From an uncultured Pelagibacteraceae bacterium (GTDB taxonomy: Bacteria > Pseudomonadota > Alphaproteobacteria > Pelagibacterales > Pelagibacteraceae), in contig CACJLJ010000003.1 in assembly GCA_902594235.1 (NCBI GenBank), positions 70,526 through 134,525 on the forward strand: a DNA stretch of 64,000 bases, given 5' to 3'. The notes beneath the pieces are model-generated. The model was given only the letters and a program-made list of their open reading frames with translations. It did not search any database and was not told the DNA's origin. Each line of letters opens with the position of its first letter. Position 1 is the stretch's first letter. Shown here piece by piece: positions 64,000-64,000 of the stretch. A program made the position numbers and the translations under genes.

Positions 64000-64000
64000 T

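Overview
A 64-kb, very AT-rich, gene-dense chromosomal segment with tiny or overlapping intergenic spacers. Gene content and order indicate a streamlined marine alphaproteobacterium, most likely SAR11/Pelagibacterales (inference; no database search was possible). Most of it is core housekeeping: rpsA-ihfB-pyrF-trpFBA-accD-folC; trxA; tRNA-His-hisS-hisZ-hisG; cspA; dcd-murA-DUF2948-hisD-infA-tRNA-Phe; tRNA-Thr; rpmH-rnpA-yidD-yidC-argB-HAD-dapD-dapE; truA-fmt-def; aroKB; bolA/J-domain-cobS-cobT; gyrB-regB; thrS-infC-rpmI-rplT-pheST-lepA; gltDB; uppP; aceE-aceF. I found no rRNA, CRISPR array, transposase or integrase. I added features missing from the ORF track: four tRNAs, rpmH, and three to four small ORFs. 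Main leads: (1) three of the four tRNAs have rebuilt elbows with co-varying substitutions at near-universal positions (A18 with G55; G54 with G58); (2) a helicase-free three-nuclease cassette (RmuC, MGME1/RecB-type exonuclease, ExoI) sits where addBA normally precedes trxA; (3) an HDAC-family deacetylase plus SET/post-SET methyltransferase pair lies between dapE and truA; (4) a His-codon mini-ORF with tandem hairpins lies upstream of tRNA-His-hisSZG; (5) active-site substitutions occur in TrpB, RegB and RmuC; (6) a small, very AT-rich FkbM/GT9 surface-modification islet surrounds tRNA-Ser.
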